Shown here: positions 1 to 13,673 of the stretch, piece after piece
Position numbering within the stretch: position 1 is the stretch's first letter
Layout: each line of letters opens with the position of its first letter
Origin: Eledone cirrhosa
Taxonomy: Eukaryota
DNA: 64,000 bases
Assembly (NCBI GenBank): GCA_964016885.1
Contig: OZ024753.1
Location: forward strand, 2,542,001-2,606,000
Direction: 5' to 3'
Translations under genes and position numbers: made by a program
The notes under the pieces: model-generated
Database searches by the model: none
Seen by the model: only the letters and a program-made list of their open reading frames with translations
What the model was told of the DNA's origin: nothing

Positions 1-407
1 TTTCTACATAAGTACCTGGATATTACATATACTTTAGCATACATTCAGTCAGGTAATACTCCTACACATTTTACCCAATAAATATTTATGTTGCGCTACA
101 ATTTTAGAAAATATAATCTTAAAATAAATCACGACTTGAAATTAAGGTTAAATTTAATCTCATATGAAATATAGTAAAATTTAAAAAAAATATTTTGTTA
201 AAAATCATTTAACTTAAATTATTATCTTGGCTAAAAAATAAAGCAATATGTCACTGACATTTTGACCACGCCTAGAACCCCAGTAGAAAATGAATATACT
301 ATCTTAACCAAGATGTATAGACAACATATGTAGGCAGGGCTGTTTATTTGCTTTGGTACTTGTTCAGGCATCCTGTGTGTCTGAATTTACATTATGGTCC
401 AGTTTGA

Positions 408-685
408 GGAGGCACATGGCCTAGTGGTAAGGGTTTGGGACTTATGGTGATAATGGTGTGGGTTTGATTCCTGGGCTGGGTTGTGTATTGTGTTCTTGAG
501 TAAAACACTTCATTTCACATTGCTTCAATATACTCAGTTGAAAAAGAGTACCGGCAATAACGAGGTTTAACCCTGCGAAGGACTGGCATCCTGTCTAGTA
601 GGGAGTCTTGTACTCTGTTACTTCACATCAAGGGACTAGGATAAGCACTGGCCTGATGAGCCTCTGCACTCCAAACAGACTTTAG
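408..685 (+). mobile_element. tRNA-derived CORE-type SINE (older copy)
   Basis: Head GGAGGCACATGGCCTAGTGG (A-box), GGTTTGATTCC (B-box), core TGTGTTCTTGAGTAAAACACTTCATTTCAC, shared with the copies at 19.6, 54.1 and 57.6 kb. Confidence 0.75.
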
Positions 686-1242
686 TGGTTCAATTTACAT
701 ATCCTGCTTTAAGGGTTAATAAATAAATAGATGAGATTTGGATAGAAAGTGTAAGAAAGTGAGATAATGATATAAGGCAGAAAGACTTTCATCGAGAGTT
801 ACTTCCTTTCTGAAGCATCACAGATTCAAAGAATATATTGGATGTTCATTTACAAAGTATCCTTGGTTGTGTGGCTGTGTTATAATATTATGTATGAGCG
901 TTTCTACATAAACTCACAATGGCATAGATACATATATACATATACAAACTCATGCACACTCTGATATACTTACATACATAATGGTATATATGTATGACTT
1001 GGGCGCAAATTTGGATATGGTCATAAATAGACCTTGAAACAGTAGATTGTGCTTTTTGCTCTGTGTATTAACTTGAATAAATAATATAATACACACGCAC
1101 ACACACACATACACACACATATATGTATATATATTTATATCCAGGGTGTGTAACATGAAGTTACAGTAGGTTCACCCAGGTGAGCACTCGATGTTTAGAT
1201 TCACATCAGTATCGAGGTGTAGAGCTAGACAGTGTGTAATAT

Positions 1243-1424
1243 AATTGTTTCTACTTTTGGCACAAGGCCAGCAATTATCCCAGTATATTACTGGTACTTT
1301 ATTTTATCGACCCCGTAAGGATGAAAGCAAAGTTAACTTCAGCAGGATTTGAACTCAGACCGCAAAGGGACGTAACTATGCTGGAAAGCATGGCATCCGA
1401 CCCTCTACCGATACTGCCAATCCA
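1243..1424 (-). mobile_element. SINE family 1 (core CTTTGCCTTTCATCCTTACGGGGTCGATAAAATAAAGTACCAG, Meta-domain-like)
   Basis: Reverse complement of the copies at 12185 and 56756. Confidence 0.85.
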
Positions 1425-2298
1425 TAAGGACGATTTTTTTAAAGCCTTCATTACGTTTATTGATTAGTGATGCACGTTTCGCTATTGATCAGCTCAAGGT
1501 TTGATCTGTATCGATCTGGACCAACTCTGGAATCAAAAGCTCGTCGGACCTCTGCTGTTGTAATGACATTACAAGGCACATCAGCAATCAATAAACATAA
1601 TGAAGCCTTAACAAATTGTCCTTGTATTATTATATTATATATATAGGCTTTCATGTTTTTTGCACAAGTTACCAGCTTTGATGCATCTTCTATTCAAAAT
1701 GCCTCTATATCTATAGTTGCAGATAATATCTATCATGAGCAGAATGGAAGTCAACATAACAATTATGAAAATCATTCAACATTACAATTCAACTTCATCC
1801 TAAAGCAGTGTAGTGTAAAACTCTTATTTTGATACCTATTTAGAGCTAGATGAAATTAGTCTCTTATGAGTAAGTGTTTATTGTAAAAACAAAGCTCTAA
1901 TACTATTAAGATAGGTGATGCCAGCTTTGCAGATTTCATGATAACCTTTCAAATTAACCATACTTATTTCCTAATGAAGTTGTAAATATTTTGTCTTCTT
2001 AAAATATATCCTATATCAGATAAGATTTGCTAATATATATAAAAGTCAATTAACACAACATAGTCACATTAATTACATAAAAAAATGCTTTTTTTTTGTG
2101 CGTGTGTGTGTGTTTTTGTCAATCAGTCTGTATATAAACATGCACTGGTTACTTATACTAGAAAATACTTGAGACCAAATTAAAGCATCTAAATATATAA
2201 TAGCAGTGAGCAATTTTTGGATAAGGAGCTCTATGAATAACTAAGGAGACATTTAGTTCATCGACAAGTCACTTCTGACTGAATAGCACTAAGAATAT

Positions 2299-2515
2299 TT
2301 AACCCTTTAGCATTTACATTGCTTTATTTTTACTATTGTATTTTTACAGTTAAGGCAATTACCATCTCACATAATATCGAATCTGTGAGATTTTAATATT
2401 TATTTTGAGAACAATACTCTAACGTCTGTATGAGTGGCCAGTTATGATCGTTTTAAACAGAAAGAGGTGAGAGAATTCTGGCCAGATACAGCTGGTTTAA
2501 ATGCTAAAAGGGTAA
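2299..2515. mobile_element. TTAA-targeting piggyBac-like MITE
   Basis: TTAA-CCCTTTAGCATTTA ... TAAATGCTAAAAGGG-TAA terminal inverted repeats; homologous copies at 22694 and 63009. Confidence 0.7.
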
Positions 2516-2766
2516 GAAATTAAAGATTTATCAATAGTTCTTTAACTACTTAGTATGCTAATCTGCAATAACCAATATTTACAGTAGAAATTGATGTCAA
2601 GTTAAAACCATTTTTATTAGCTTTTTATTTGCCTTAATGACAGAGACAGCTTTAGAGTTCTAAATATTTCCATTTTATACTGAAAATTTCTACTGCCACA
2701 CAAATTATGTCTTGTATGTCTATGTAATAAATGGAAGATATTTTGGTCAACTTTTTGTGCTGATAA

Positions 2767-2798
<32 letters not shown>

Positions 2799-2955
2799 TA
2801 GCAACAGTAGTAGTATTTTCTTTTAACCCTTTATTTCTTTGTAATATCATTATTGACAAATAGTAATCAAACTATTAGCGTTTGTTTTAATCTCTAAACC
2901 GTACAACTTTTTCTTTACTCAAGCAACTCTTCCCATGTCTGATATACTACATAAT

Positions 2956-3130
2956 AATTGTTTCTAATTTTGGCACAAGGCCAGGAATTACCCCAGTGCA
3001 TTACTGGTGCTTGATTTTATCGACCCCATAAGAATGAAAGGCAAAGTTAAACTTGGAGGGATTTGAACTCAGAACGTAAAGGGTCATAATTCTGTGCTGC
3101 AAAGCATGGTGTCTGACACTGCCAATCACC
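2956..3130 (-). mobile_element. SINE family 1 copy
   Basis: Same core and tail as the other family 1 copies. Confidence 0.8.
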
Positions 3131-3151
3131 AATAATATTCTATTATTAGTG

Positions 3152-3376
3152 GACCTTGCATTTCATCCTTTCAAGGTTGATAAAAAAAGTACTACTGAGG
3201 GTTGATTCTTCCTCTGTATCTCTTTTTCCCTTCCTATACCTCACTGTCTCTCATTCTCTGGAAGAAATCTGCTGAGTTCAAACCTGGAGAGAGGTGGGCT
3301 CCGCCAGGCTTAAAATACCCAAGAACACTGTATGCCACTACAGCGCCTACAACTCCATCAGTCATTACAGGACCAT
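3152..3376 (+). mobile_element. SINE family 1 variant with alternative 3' tail
   Basis: Family 1 core followed by TGGAAGAAATCT...GGGCTCCGCCAGGCTT...GGACCA tail, also seen at 49372-49698. Confidence 0.6.
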
Positions 3377-3934
3377 AACATACTAGTAGACCAGTGCCAT
3401 CAATAATGACAACATTAGCATTGAACATATTTACTTTTAGGAGTCCAGGATTGATGTGGGACATACAGCAGTATCACTGGATATATCAAGAATCATATTA
3501 AAAGGGAAATTTTAGTTAATGGTTTGCATAAGAAAAACCCTATAATTTCATGTGGAACTGGTTAAAGATAATATAATATTTTAACACCAACCTGCCCAGG
3601 CATAGTCTACCACTCTCTCCCCTTACCCCTCTCTTTCTTCCATGGCCTCATAGTCCTTGATTTTTCCCTCCTTTTCTTCTCATTTATGGCATTTATAGTC
3701 TTTTCTCCTACAGTCAAATCTTCCCTTCTTTACCCCTTCCCTCTCTGCTTAGTTTTGTTTTTATCCCCTTTCTTTTTGTTTTTTCTTTCATATCTCCATT
3801 AATATTTATTATTTATTGTCTGTAATTCTATTACATTATAGAATAATAAACTGACAACATTTTAACAATTTATGTCTAGGATATAATTACATAATTATAT
3901 AAATTCTACAGGCAGGTCTAGTCTGGTTTGGACC

Positions 3935-4122
3935 AACACTGCCTTGCCTGCATCTGATCTACTTCACAGCCAAGCAGCAGTGCATGGCTCAATTCAGTGC
4001 CCTCCTCATCAACCTTCTTGTTGATGAGTGCATTCACATCGGATTCCACATGTGTGATCCACATAAATGTCATTGTGGGGCTGTCGTTGACAAGTTTGGC
4101 CTGCACCCACTGTCATGGGGCC
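3935..4122 (+). mobile_element. CRE-clade non-LTR retrotransposon fragment (zinc-knuckle region)
   Basis: Frameshifted peptide SAWLNSVPSS...CDPHKCHCGAVVDKFGLHPLS, homologous to 25190-25345. Confidence 0.7.
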
Positions 4123-5409
4123 CAAAGCGCAGGCTGGATCCCATACACCATATAAAGCAGCTCTCCCTTCTTTCACAAACTGTTTTTACTAAAGTAAAAA
4201 AATATTATAGATTGGCATGATTACATTTTTAGAAACAAACACTCTAAAAGATAAAATTTCCTTTATGGTCACGGCCCTGTTCTTAAATGTTAGGAGGGTC
4301 TCTGTTTGAAGTGGGGGACCTGTTTGGAGAGGGTACCCAGAGCATACACTGCCATTACTCTTATTAGATCCGCCCTGGGACAGGGAGCTGATTTGGAAAT
4401 TGTTTTTTATTTTGCTAGTCAGGATTAATAATAAATGAAACCAAGGTCATATAAGACTATGGAAGCAAGATTTTTTTTTTTTAGTTACTTTGCTTTTCAA
4501 TATAAATGTTTAATGTAAAATAAAATGAATGCTTTTCACATGTGATATAAAACATTACCAAAGAAGCAGGCGTTTCTTAATATCTTAACATCCTTAAATT
4601 ATTTATGTTAATAAGAATATTCCTTTTGCTAAAGAGACTCAGAATTTCAATACAGAATAATACATATGAATCTATTATTTCAGTGTAAATATCACAATAA
4701 TAGAGTTATAACAGCATCAAGAGAAGAGCTTGGTGAAATAAAATAAATAAATAACTGCCAAAACTGGAATTATTTAAATTCATTCAAGACAAATGTTAAG
4801 CATCTTGCTACATTTGACAGAAATAGATCATAAAAAAAGGAGGGAAAGATAAATAAAGGGGAAGCATATAAACCCTGATAAAGTGCAGAAAGACAGGGAT
4901 GAGGAGAGAAGCACTAGAGATAAAGAATATGTATAAGGGAAGTTAGGGAGTGAACAGAGGGATATATAATTACACAATAAGATTATGATAAAATAAGACT
5001 TAAATAATGTAGCGCATATGCAATTTATATGCTTAAATTTTTTCCATGCAATACACCTGAAGGCAACATAATTTATATATGATAATTCTTAGAATAACAT
5101 ATACAACTCATTTTTGTGTAATGCATATTGCAACTTCTGCATTTAGGTTTCACAACACAATTTGTCAACTTCATAACAATCTGGCTCAATGTTGCTTGCA
5201 AAGAGAATGAAATTGTCACTGATAGAGTAACAAAAATGGAGATAGATTTTTGTGACATAGGATCATGCAGTGCCACACTGACAGTAGGTGGTAAAATTGG
5301 CTATCACTATAGTTATAATGCATGTATGTTCTCTCTTGCTCTTTATTTAGAATTTATTTTCGACTGGTCACCTTCCTGGTGGCAAGGTTGTAAAGAAAGG
5401 AAATTGTCA

Positions 5410-5625
5410 TTATCTTTTGAATTGTGATAATGTTTTACAGATTTTGAAGGTTCCAGATATCACTGCCATTTGTGGCTTATGAATTAAGGAGCTATGTTCT
5501 TTCTCCAGAAATCCAAACTCAGTTATACTTTGAACCAGACTGGTTGGTATATAACCAGTAACTCCAATAATGATTGGTATGAAGCTGAATGTGTATCTTG
5601 GATAGACTGTTTTTGAGGTTGCATG
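5410..5625 (-). mobile_element. C-terminal fragment of an RLE-type (R4/Dong-like) non-LTR retrotransposon
   Basis: YPRYTFSFIPIIIGVTGYIP...ISGTFKICKT resembles the end of restriction-like endonuclease ORFs; clade assignment is from recalled motifs only. Confidence 0.5.
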
Positions 5626-7092
5626 GCTTTGTATCACCAATCACTTTAGAGTGTGTACAGGTGGCATTTTATTGTGCCACCAGCAATAGAGAAGTTACTG
5701 TGCTCTTGACCCAATGATTTGTTGTCAATGAACGATTCCTCTCATCACCTTTTCAGGCATGGTTCCTACAGATAGATGACATTCCTATCATCGATACCTT
5801 TCCAGGATGTACAGGGTTTATTTTTCATGGCACCAGCACTAGAAAGGTTTTCATTTGACTAAAGGGTCCTCTCAACACTTTTTGGCATGGTTTCTACAGT
5901 TGTAAAAATGTCCAGTAATTCATTATTGTAACATTATTATAAGACATTATGGTAACATTGTTAATCAGACCAGAAATATTAGAACTGATGTGGAAAAAAA
6001 TAATTTGATATCCTTATTAGATGAAATAGATTATTTATGTAAATAAAATTGGACAGTTTTCTTAGTGAAGAAAAAGCTATTGGAACACAGATGAATTTTC
6101 ACACACACAAAAAAAGTTTATTGGTGAAGGTTGGTGATTCATATACCTGGGATTAGAAGTATTTTATGCTGTATCCAATTCAGTTATTTCAAATATTTGA
6201 AGATACTTCAATGCTGAATTTTATTTCAATAATCTATTTAGATTCATTTGAAAATATCCTGAAATAGGAAATAATCAGATTGAGTTCAATATTAATCAAT
6301 CATGTGACATATATATCAATATAGCAATTGATATGTATGATGAACTATTCCATTAAAAATCAATACATGAATTAAATATTTCACTAAACCCAATCCCACC
6401 AATCAAATTATGAACCAAACTTACTGAACTACATCTTGATGTACTATTCCCTAATGTAATTAATTTTCTTAGAATTTTCTGTTTCTTACCAGTCACAGTT
6501 ACACAGGCTGTAAGATATTTCAGTGTTTTAGCCCATATTAAGAATGTTATGAGATGAATGACGTGTCAAAACAGGTTATCTTAGCTGGAGATCTTAAAAC
6601 TCGAACCATTTCTTGCAAATAAACTTAATTGTAACTCTTTAATTGTTAGTTGTAAGGTTAGAAAAGTTCCTTTATAATTCATATTAAGAATACAATTTGG
6701 TAAAAAAAACAACTTATTTTTATAACATTTTCACTTAATACAGTAATACTTTTACATGAAGCCCTATTAGCACCTGAATGATGATATGAGTGTATATTTG
6801 TGTGTTTGTGTATGTTTGTTTATGCATAAGAGAAGCAAATGGAGTTTCTAATGGTGAGAAATAGCCTTATTGACATGGTATATGAAGTTTTCTCTATACC
6901 TACATTACCTAAGTTCATAGTTACATTAATCAATGGTCACCATACTGTCTCAAGCTCTGGACTTTCCTGATGAGTTCTTTCGAATGAAACTGCCCTACTC
7001 ATGTAGAAGGTATTTCTATAATAAATTTGTTGTTTACACACTATTAATATATTGAGTACCTGATTTACTGTGGTTAGCCCTGATTGAACCGG

Positions 7093-7095
<3 letters not shown>

Positions 7096-7176
<81 letters not shown>

Positions 7177-7240
7177 TTTGTGTGTGTGTGTGGTTGAGAG
7201 AGAGATATTGCATGTGTATTTATGTGTGTGTGTGTGTGTA
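7096..7240. repeat. Compound (CT)n(CA)n/(TG)n(GA)n microsatellite
   Basis: Directly visible. Confidence 0.95.
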
Positions 7241-8669
7241 TTCAATAATATTATGTGGAGTTAATCTGTAGTGAATGCTTGATATCACTTTTAACTCATT
7301 GAAATCTATTTACACTTCATATTCTTTTTCTTCGTTAATTACTTCTCTGTTTTCATAATTTTATTACCTTCATTACTTGTACAAGTCTACGACTACTACA
7401 CCCACTAAAAAATGTCTCTTATAACTAAATAAATTATAGCTTAATTTAATTTACTTGTGTATTACTAAATAAATACCAGCCCCTCGAAGAAATATATTCC
7501 AGAAACCTCACAACGTAAGCTAGCACAAATATATATTTAAATTAAACGTTTTATAAAATATTTTAATACGACTCACTAATAAATATCTTTCAACTGATTC
7601 CTAATTTAATGTAACAAAGGAAATAACTCTAAGATATGCTGTTTCAGTTTTTAACTTCGAATTTACATGCAAACAATTATTAATCTAGAATTAAATTTAA
7701 ACACCAGGAGGGACAGACTATCTATATACAGGTGAAATACACTTACATTTTCAAATATGTCTTTTTTCATGTTTTTATATATTAAAGGTACAATTTGTAA
7801 TAGAAGTGAAAAATTATGAACTTCTGTAAATTAAAATATTGATGAATTTTCGACAAACATTATCTCTTGATGATCTCTATATTGGAATAAAATGAGATCT
7901 TTATTAAGTTAAAATCTATAACACCTCACCCCTATATATATATATCTGAAGAAGTGTCGATTAAGAGTCAGGATCCGATCACGTCATCAAACACGAGCTG
8001 ATCGATACAAAAACAATTGTAATATGAAATGAAGTTTACAAAAAGCTGCAATTCTTATTGTTGCTTTACATATATATATGTATGTATGTTATATATGTAT
8101 ATATGTATGTATATTATGTATATATATGTATATATATGTATGTATATTATGTATGTATATTATATATCTATATCATCATAATTTTACGTCTGCTTTTCCC
8201 TTCTTGCAAGGGTGCAATGCCACATACATATATCTAAAATAGAAGATGGATTTTAAACGATGATGATGATGAAAATGTTAGTCAATCACACTTATATATG
8301 GATCTCCCTACCGCGGTTTCATTTGCAGAAGAATTAATTATTGGAAAAACCAATATTTGAAGAATCTCTGATTAATATCTAACTATATTTTTTATCCATT
8401 GAGATGTTTAAGTATTAGAGACTAATTAATATTCAATTATCATTAAGCTGCTCTTGATTTGTTGAGCTGTGTTAGATGGTCTTTGGGCTGCTATTTTTAC
8501 AGTATATTTAGCCTGTCACCTAGACCTAATATTAAAAAAAACATTTGTTCATGTAACAGTTCGATTACACAATGTGTTTTTGTACAGCATGCTGGATTGA
8601 CAACGATATGTGGAATTTCATGATAAATATGGTCTCTTTGAATTGAAGAATTACTCCCCTCACTCTAAC

Positions 8670-8812
8670 TGAGGTTTGTGTTAGAAAGGGCATCCAGCTG
8701 TAGAAACCGAGCCAAAATCATGTCCTATATGAGCAAGACATGGTCACTTGACCTCTCATTGCCCACAAAAGGACAACCCGTCTAACCCTTGCTAGCATGG
8801 TGACGATGATGA
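8670..8812 (+). mobile_element. RTE/SINE 3' tail fragment ending in (GAT)n
   Basis: AGAAAGGGCATCCAGCTGTAGAAA...CTAACCCTTGCTAGCATGG...GATGATGAT followed by (TA)n; same tail as 47150-47290. Confidence 0.7.
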
Positions 8813-10276
8813 TATATATATCCCTCTCTCACTCTCAAATTAAATTATATGCAATATTTTGAATTATTTGACATTTTAAAGTTTTCACAGAAAAATAAAA
8901 TATTAATAGCAGTATTTAAAATGATTAGTTTTAAAATAAATGTCAGATCATCATTTGTTCTAAGACTTGCTTGTAACAGGGGAAAAAGAAGAGAAATAGG
9001 TGTTCTGAGGCTACATAATTAATAAATATATACCATTAGTAGTAAAATGATTCTGTATATTTTCCCCATAATCACTCAATTTCATTGGATACATTAAAGT
9101 TGACAATATAAATTTTAAAAAGTAATGTTATTTTCATAAGTGTACACAATATATATTTTAGGTTTTGCTTTAGCATTTTTCCTAAATAGTATAGAACATT
9201 AAGGAGACTGGGTTGATGGCCAATTAATAGAATACTAAAATGGTAGCCAGTCAGTTAGTAATTGCATTCAATATTTCATTTGTCTCTAGGTTATATGAAA
9301 AGATAGACTTGTCTATAGATATAGTAACTAGAAACAAACTTAAGACTGTCTATATGTTGCTAATATTGATTTCAGACATAGGTAAACTGTAGCATTTTAT
9401 GTGGTGGTGGATAGTCAATTGTATTGACCATTACTTGACAGATACTTGATTTATTGATCCCCCTCCCAGAAACAGACCTATCAACTTTCTCCTTCCTACT
9501 TTGGGGTGGGTGAGAGATGTCTTCTCTTATGAAAAGGTGTGTAGCTTTCATTATATAAAATCTCCTCATTTTGCTTCATTTCTCCTTATTTTGGGACACT
9601 TTTTTTCATGGTACTCCCCCCGTTTGGGATTTTTAAAAATTGGCAGGTCTGCAGAAGGCTGTAAGACAAATTTACCCATCGTGGAATTTGAACTCAGAAC
9701 TTATAAAATTATAATTAAAAACTGCATGGCACTTTCTCTGCTGCTCTCCAGCTTCTGGTATTAAATGTTTCCATCAGCTACAGTAACAGTACTACTATTG
9801 CCATCCTTGTAAATGTACGACTACTACCATCTTCCTCTTATACTTAGTATAGCAGTACTAATGCTACACTCTCACAAAACAAAAATAATAATAATATCAA
9901 CAATCCACCATCACTCCCCCTCAATTATATCAGTCTTCTGCATCATCATCACTTGGTGTACACCATAATCTTCATACCCTCACATTTGTTGCAGAAATTT
10001 CCATTTTTTTCAAAATGACTGACTAACAACATGTACGTTCTCTCCTATCTACTTTTTCCCTATTTTCTTTCTTTTCTTACTCTCATCTGTCCTCCTTTTT
10101 CTTTCTCTCTTTCTCTATCATTCTATTATCCAATGAAGAACTAACATCCTAAATTTAAGAATCTTTTCCAACTGCATCAACCCTTAACCTAATATATCAT
10201 CGTTGCATTGTATTGTATTGTATTGTATTATATTGTATTGCTCTCTCGTGTTATTTGTCCTTATTGACATTTCTCA

Positions 10277-10398
10277 TTTATACCACTATCACCTTATTTA
10301 TACCACTATCACCTTATTTATACCACTATCACCTTATTTATACCACTATCACCTTATTTATACCACTATCACCTTATTTATAGTACTATCACCTTATT
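10277..10398. repeat. 20-bp tandem repeat (TACCACTATCACCTTATTTA), about 6 copies
   Basis: Directly visible. Confidence 0.95.
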
Positions 10399-10728
10399 GG
10401 GTAAACTGAATACAACTGTCATTGGATATAGTAAAACACTATTAAGATTTCCATGTATAATCTACCAGGGTTCATTATCTTCTCTGTTTCTAGAGCAAAG
10501 ATGCTTATATAACTAGAAATAAGCTCCTAAAAAAAACCTATGAAGGATTCTCTTGGCAAGAAAGTTGTGTAAACAACTAATAGTTCAATCAACTGAATTA
10601 ACATGACAATTGATTGAGTATTCCACAAACATGTGTACATTTAATGTAATTTTGGAGTGGGATCAGCTTCATACACTGTGTAGTAGATAAATGTTATTCT
10701 TTGATGGATAAGAAGAATAATGCCAGGT

Positions 10729-11334
10729 TGTGATGTTGACAATGTTTATTTTACAATAACAATATGTGACATGAACTTATTGCTATATTATTTTCTGGCC
10801 AGCATGTATCAACATGACAATACAATATAAGTGATTCAACAGGAAGACGCAAGAATAGATAAAACACAGAAATAAACAATATGAATTACTATGTGTGTGT
10901 GTCCATTCTTAGTATACGCTGCTTCATGTCTGCCTGTGGCCGAGAAGGTGAAAGCCAGTAAGGGCCTGGAGAGAGATAGAGTGAAAGGTCTGCTACATCG
11001 TTAACCTTAACACAGACTGCTTGCTTCGGTCTCTCTGTGTTGTGTTTCCTAAGTCCTTGTATTTATAATAACCTTATAGCTAGAAGGATGGGTATATGAG
11101 TTGATTTATGGGTAGCTATCTGTGTTTTCTCTGTCTACAAGCATAGGTCACAGGTCAAGGGGTATGTATGTTTATCATACTAGTTTCTTGACGAGACAAT
11201 GGTGGGAACCTTCAAATAATGGGTGGTCCCAGAGGCGAGAAACCTCAGATTCAGTTTTGAATCCTCGCCGGTAAAACATAGGAGTATTCCATTACAACTG
11301 TGTGAGAAGAGCTTTGAATTACGGGAACAATACA
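10729..11334 (-). mobile_element. Possible solo LTR
   Basis: ~600-bp higher-GC island bounded by TG...CA with minus-strand TATAAATA (~11061) upstream of AATAAA (~10746); no clean TSD and no second copy. Confidence 0.3.
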
Positions 11335-11977
11335 GCCAACAGATTTCTGTAAATTTTCTCCCCACGTAATATTACTGACAAGGATTGAGTGGACCCGAGA
11401 CTATAGTAAAATATATTTGCCTCAAATTCCACACTGTGGGGCTGAATGCAGGGCCTCATGATTGTGAAGCAAACATCTTAATCCTTTCAACCCTTTCATT
11501 ACCAATTCAGTAGTTGTTATTGTCCTCATCATCAACACTGTCATTGTTGTTACCATTGTCATCACCACCATCATCATTGGTGGTGTTTTTAACAATATCA
11601 TCCTTGTCATTATCATCATTATCTTACCTTTTTTACTGCCACTTCAACAACTGTTTCCATTATTTTACAATTTCTTGACAAAGTCATTTCTGCCAGATTT
11701 ATTTTATTTAATTTCAGTTTTGGAAGATAAAGATATTGCATGTGTAAGACTATTGGATATTACCATTCCTTTGTAGTGACAGCAAAAAAACAAAACAAAA
11801 TAGTTGCCAGTTATTCGTTCTTCATTAAGCATCTTTGTTGGCCAAAGTCTATATCAAAAGTTTAATAAATCAGTGTGTTAGTAGACTGACTGAAATAAAG
11901 TGAACTATTGAAGAGATGGAATTTAAATGGCTGCTTAAAATAACATTAGTGTTCTCTTTTATTATTAAATATTTAAA

Positions 11978-12168
11978 AGGGCAGTGGATTGGCAGTATTG
12001 GTAGAGCGTCAGACAACCTACTTTGTTATGGCCCTTTACATTCTGAGGTTAGCTTTGCCTTTCATCCTTACTGGGTCGATAAAATAAAGTACCAGTAATG
12101 CACTGGGGTAGATTTAATCGACTTTCCCCTCCTTCAAAATTGGTGGCCTTGTGCCTATAATAGAAAGC
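11978..12168 (+). mobile_element. SINE family 1, older subfamily
   Basis: GGCAGTGGATTGGCAG head, core, GGCCTTGTGCCTATAATAGAAA tail. Confidence 0.85.
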
Positions 12169-12184
12169 ATTATTAACAATTTAG

Positions 12185-12368
12185 GGCGGTGGATTGGCAG
12201 TATCGGTAGAGGGTCGGACGCCATGCTTTCCAGCATAGTTACGTCCCTTTACGATCTGAGTTCAAATCCCGCCGAGGTTGACTTTGCCTTTCATCCTTAC
12301 GGGGTCGATAAAATAAAGTACCAGTAATGTACTGGTTAATTGCTGGCCTTGTGCCTAAAGTAGAAACA
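12185..12368 (+). mobile_element. SINE family 1, young copy inserted at the tail of the previous SINE
   Basis: Full length; TSD ATTATTAACAATTTAG at 12169-12184 and 12369-12384. Confidence 0.9.
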
Positions 12369-12784
12369 ATTATTAACAATTTAGAGTTTGACACCTGAAG
12401 TTGGGTCAATGATAGTTATTTTCAAGCAACAAAGCAGCTTTAAAACAACTAAAACATGGCGATATAACAGCCTATTTCTTAGAAGTCAAATGAAAGTGTA
12501 GCAAAATAATAATCCAACTCATATATACCAGTTTATTGAGTAATCATCACTGACCCTATAACTAACTGGCCCCTTTCTGAGTTAAATGAACCCTGTAATA
12601 AGAAACAGTAAGTAACACATTAACCCTTTTGATACCAAATCACTTGAAACCATTTCTGGTTCCATGATACAAAACAGTTGACTTTAAGGAGTTTATATTT
12701 AAAATCTTTCATCATAATTTAAGTTATGTTCCATACAGTGCATAAATAATGATAAATGTAGTTATATTACTATATAGTCCCTGA

Positions 12785-13070
12785 CTTTGAGAGAGATGTA
12801 TGCCAGCCTCCCATGCATATCTGTCATTGTACGTAAAAGGAGAGTAAGATTTGCTGGCCACGCTATCGTGCCACCTATGAGGCTGAGTCCTCATTAGTGC
12901 TTTGGAAACCTCAAGCAGTCACTAATAATAGGGGGCGCAAGCTCTCTTATCCCGATGTCATCTCCAGAGATTCTGGTATTGAAATTCAGGACTTGGCAAT
13001 GAACAAGAGAACCACGAGGAGATTAATTTTTGAGTTCATTTTGGCTGAGACTGCTGGATGATGATGCTGA
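12785..13070 (+). mobile_element. RTE-clade LINE 3' fragment (possibly nested in a TTAA MITE at ~12620-13146)
   Basis: LPCISVIVRKRRVRFAGH...LWKPQ...RGRKLSYPDVISRDSGIEIQDL followed by a GATGATGAT tail. Confidence 0.7.
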
Positions 13071-13587
13071 TATACCCCCAACATCTTCATTAGTTGAAAA
13101 TCATAACCAGTGTTTTTCATTAGAAATATGTCAATGAAAAGGCTAATATGTCTTGTCTAGAAAGCATCTTCTCAAGAGGAGGTATTCTGGAGAGTAAATA
13201 TAACATAATTCCAGAGTCATTCTCTGTATTAGTAATAGAATAAAGCAAAGACAGTCAGCATTTATTGGTGTCTGTGAATAAGCATTGGTCATAATTTGCA
13301 GTAATATCTAATCGCAGAATCATTAATAATTGATAACATAATTATTATTTAAATAATAATTTTAAGAAGGAATATCGTTTCATTACTTAACACAATAAAA
13401 TGAAGGAACTCTGAATAGCTTATTAGATGTTAGGTTGTTACCTATAAGGGTTGAGATATCTAAAGGTCAATAAAACAAATGCCATACATATGTTATAGCT
13501 ATTTCAATCAATTAACTCTTTCACCTTAAAAAATATTGAGAATTTATACCTTATCAAAAGAAGTCAATAGCATCATATCCTCCTTCC

Positions 13588-13673
13588 TTCTCTCCCTTCA
13601 ATTACATCAGCTCAATATAGTAATCTAAAATGAACTAACCTTTCAGAATAGCCGGAAGAAGAATATAAACAAT
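13588..13673 (+). repeat. Left arm of 86-bp long-range inverted repeat (partner 15845-15930)
   Basis: 84 of 86 bases identical to the reverse complement of 15845-15930. Confidence 0.95.

Noticed and set aside
4130-4378. hAT-like MITE (CAGGCTGGATC...GATCCGCCCTG)
   Set aside because: Short imperfect inverted match, no 8-bp TSD and no second copy.
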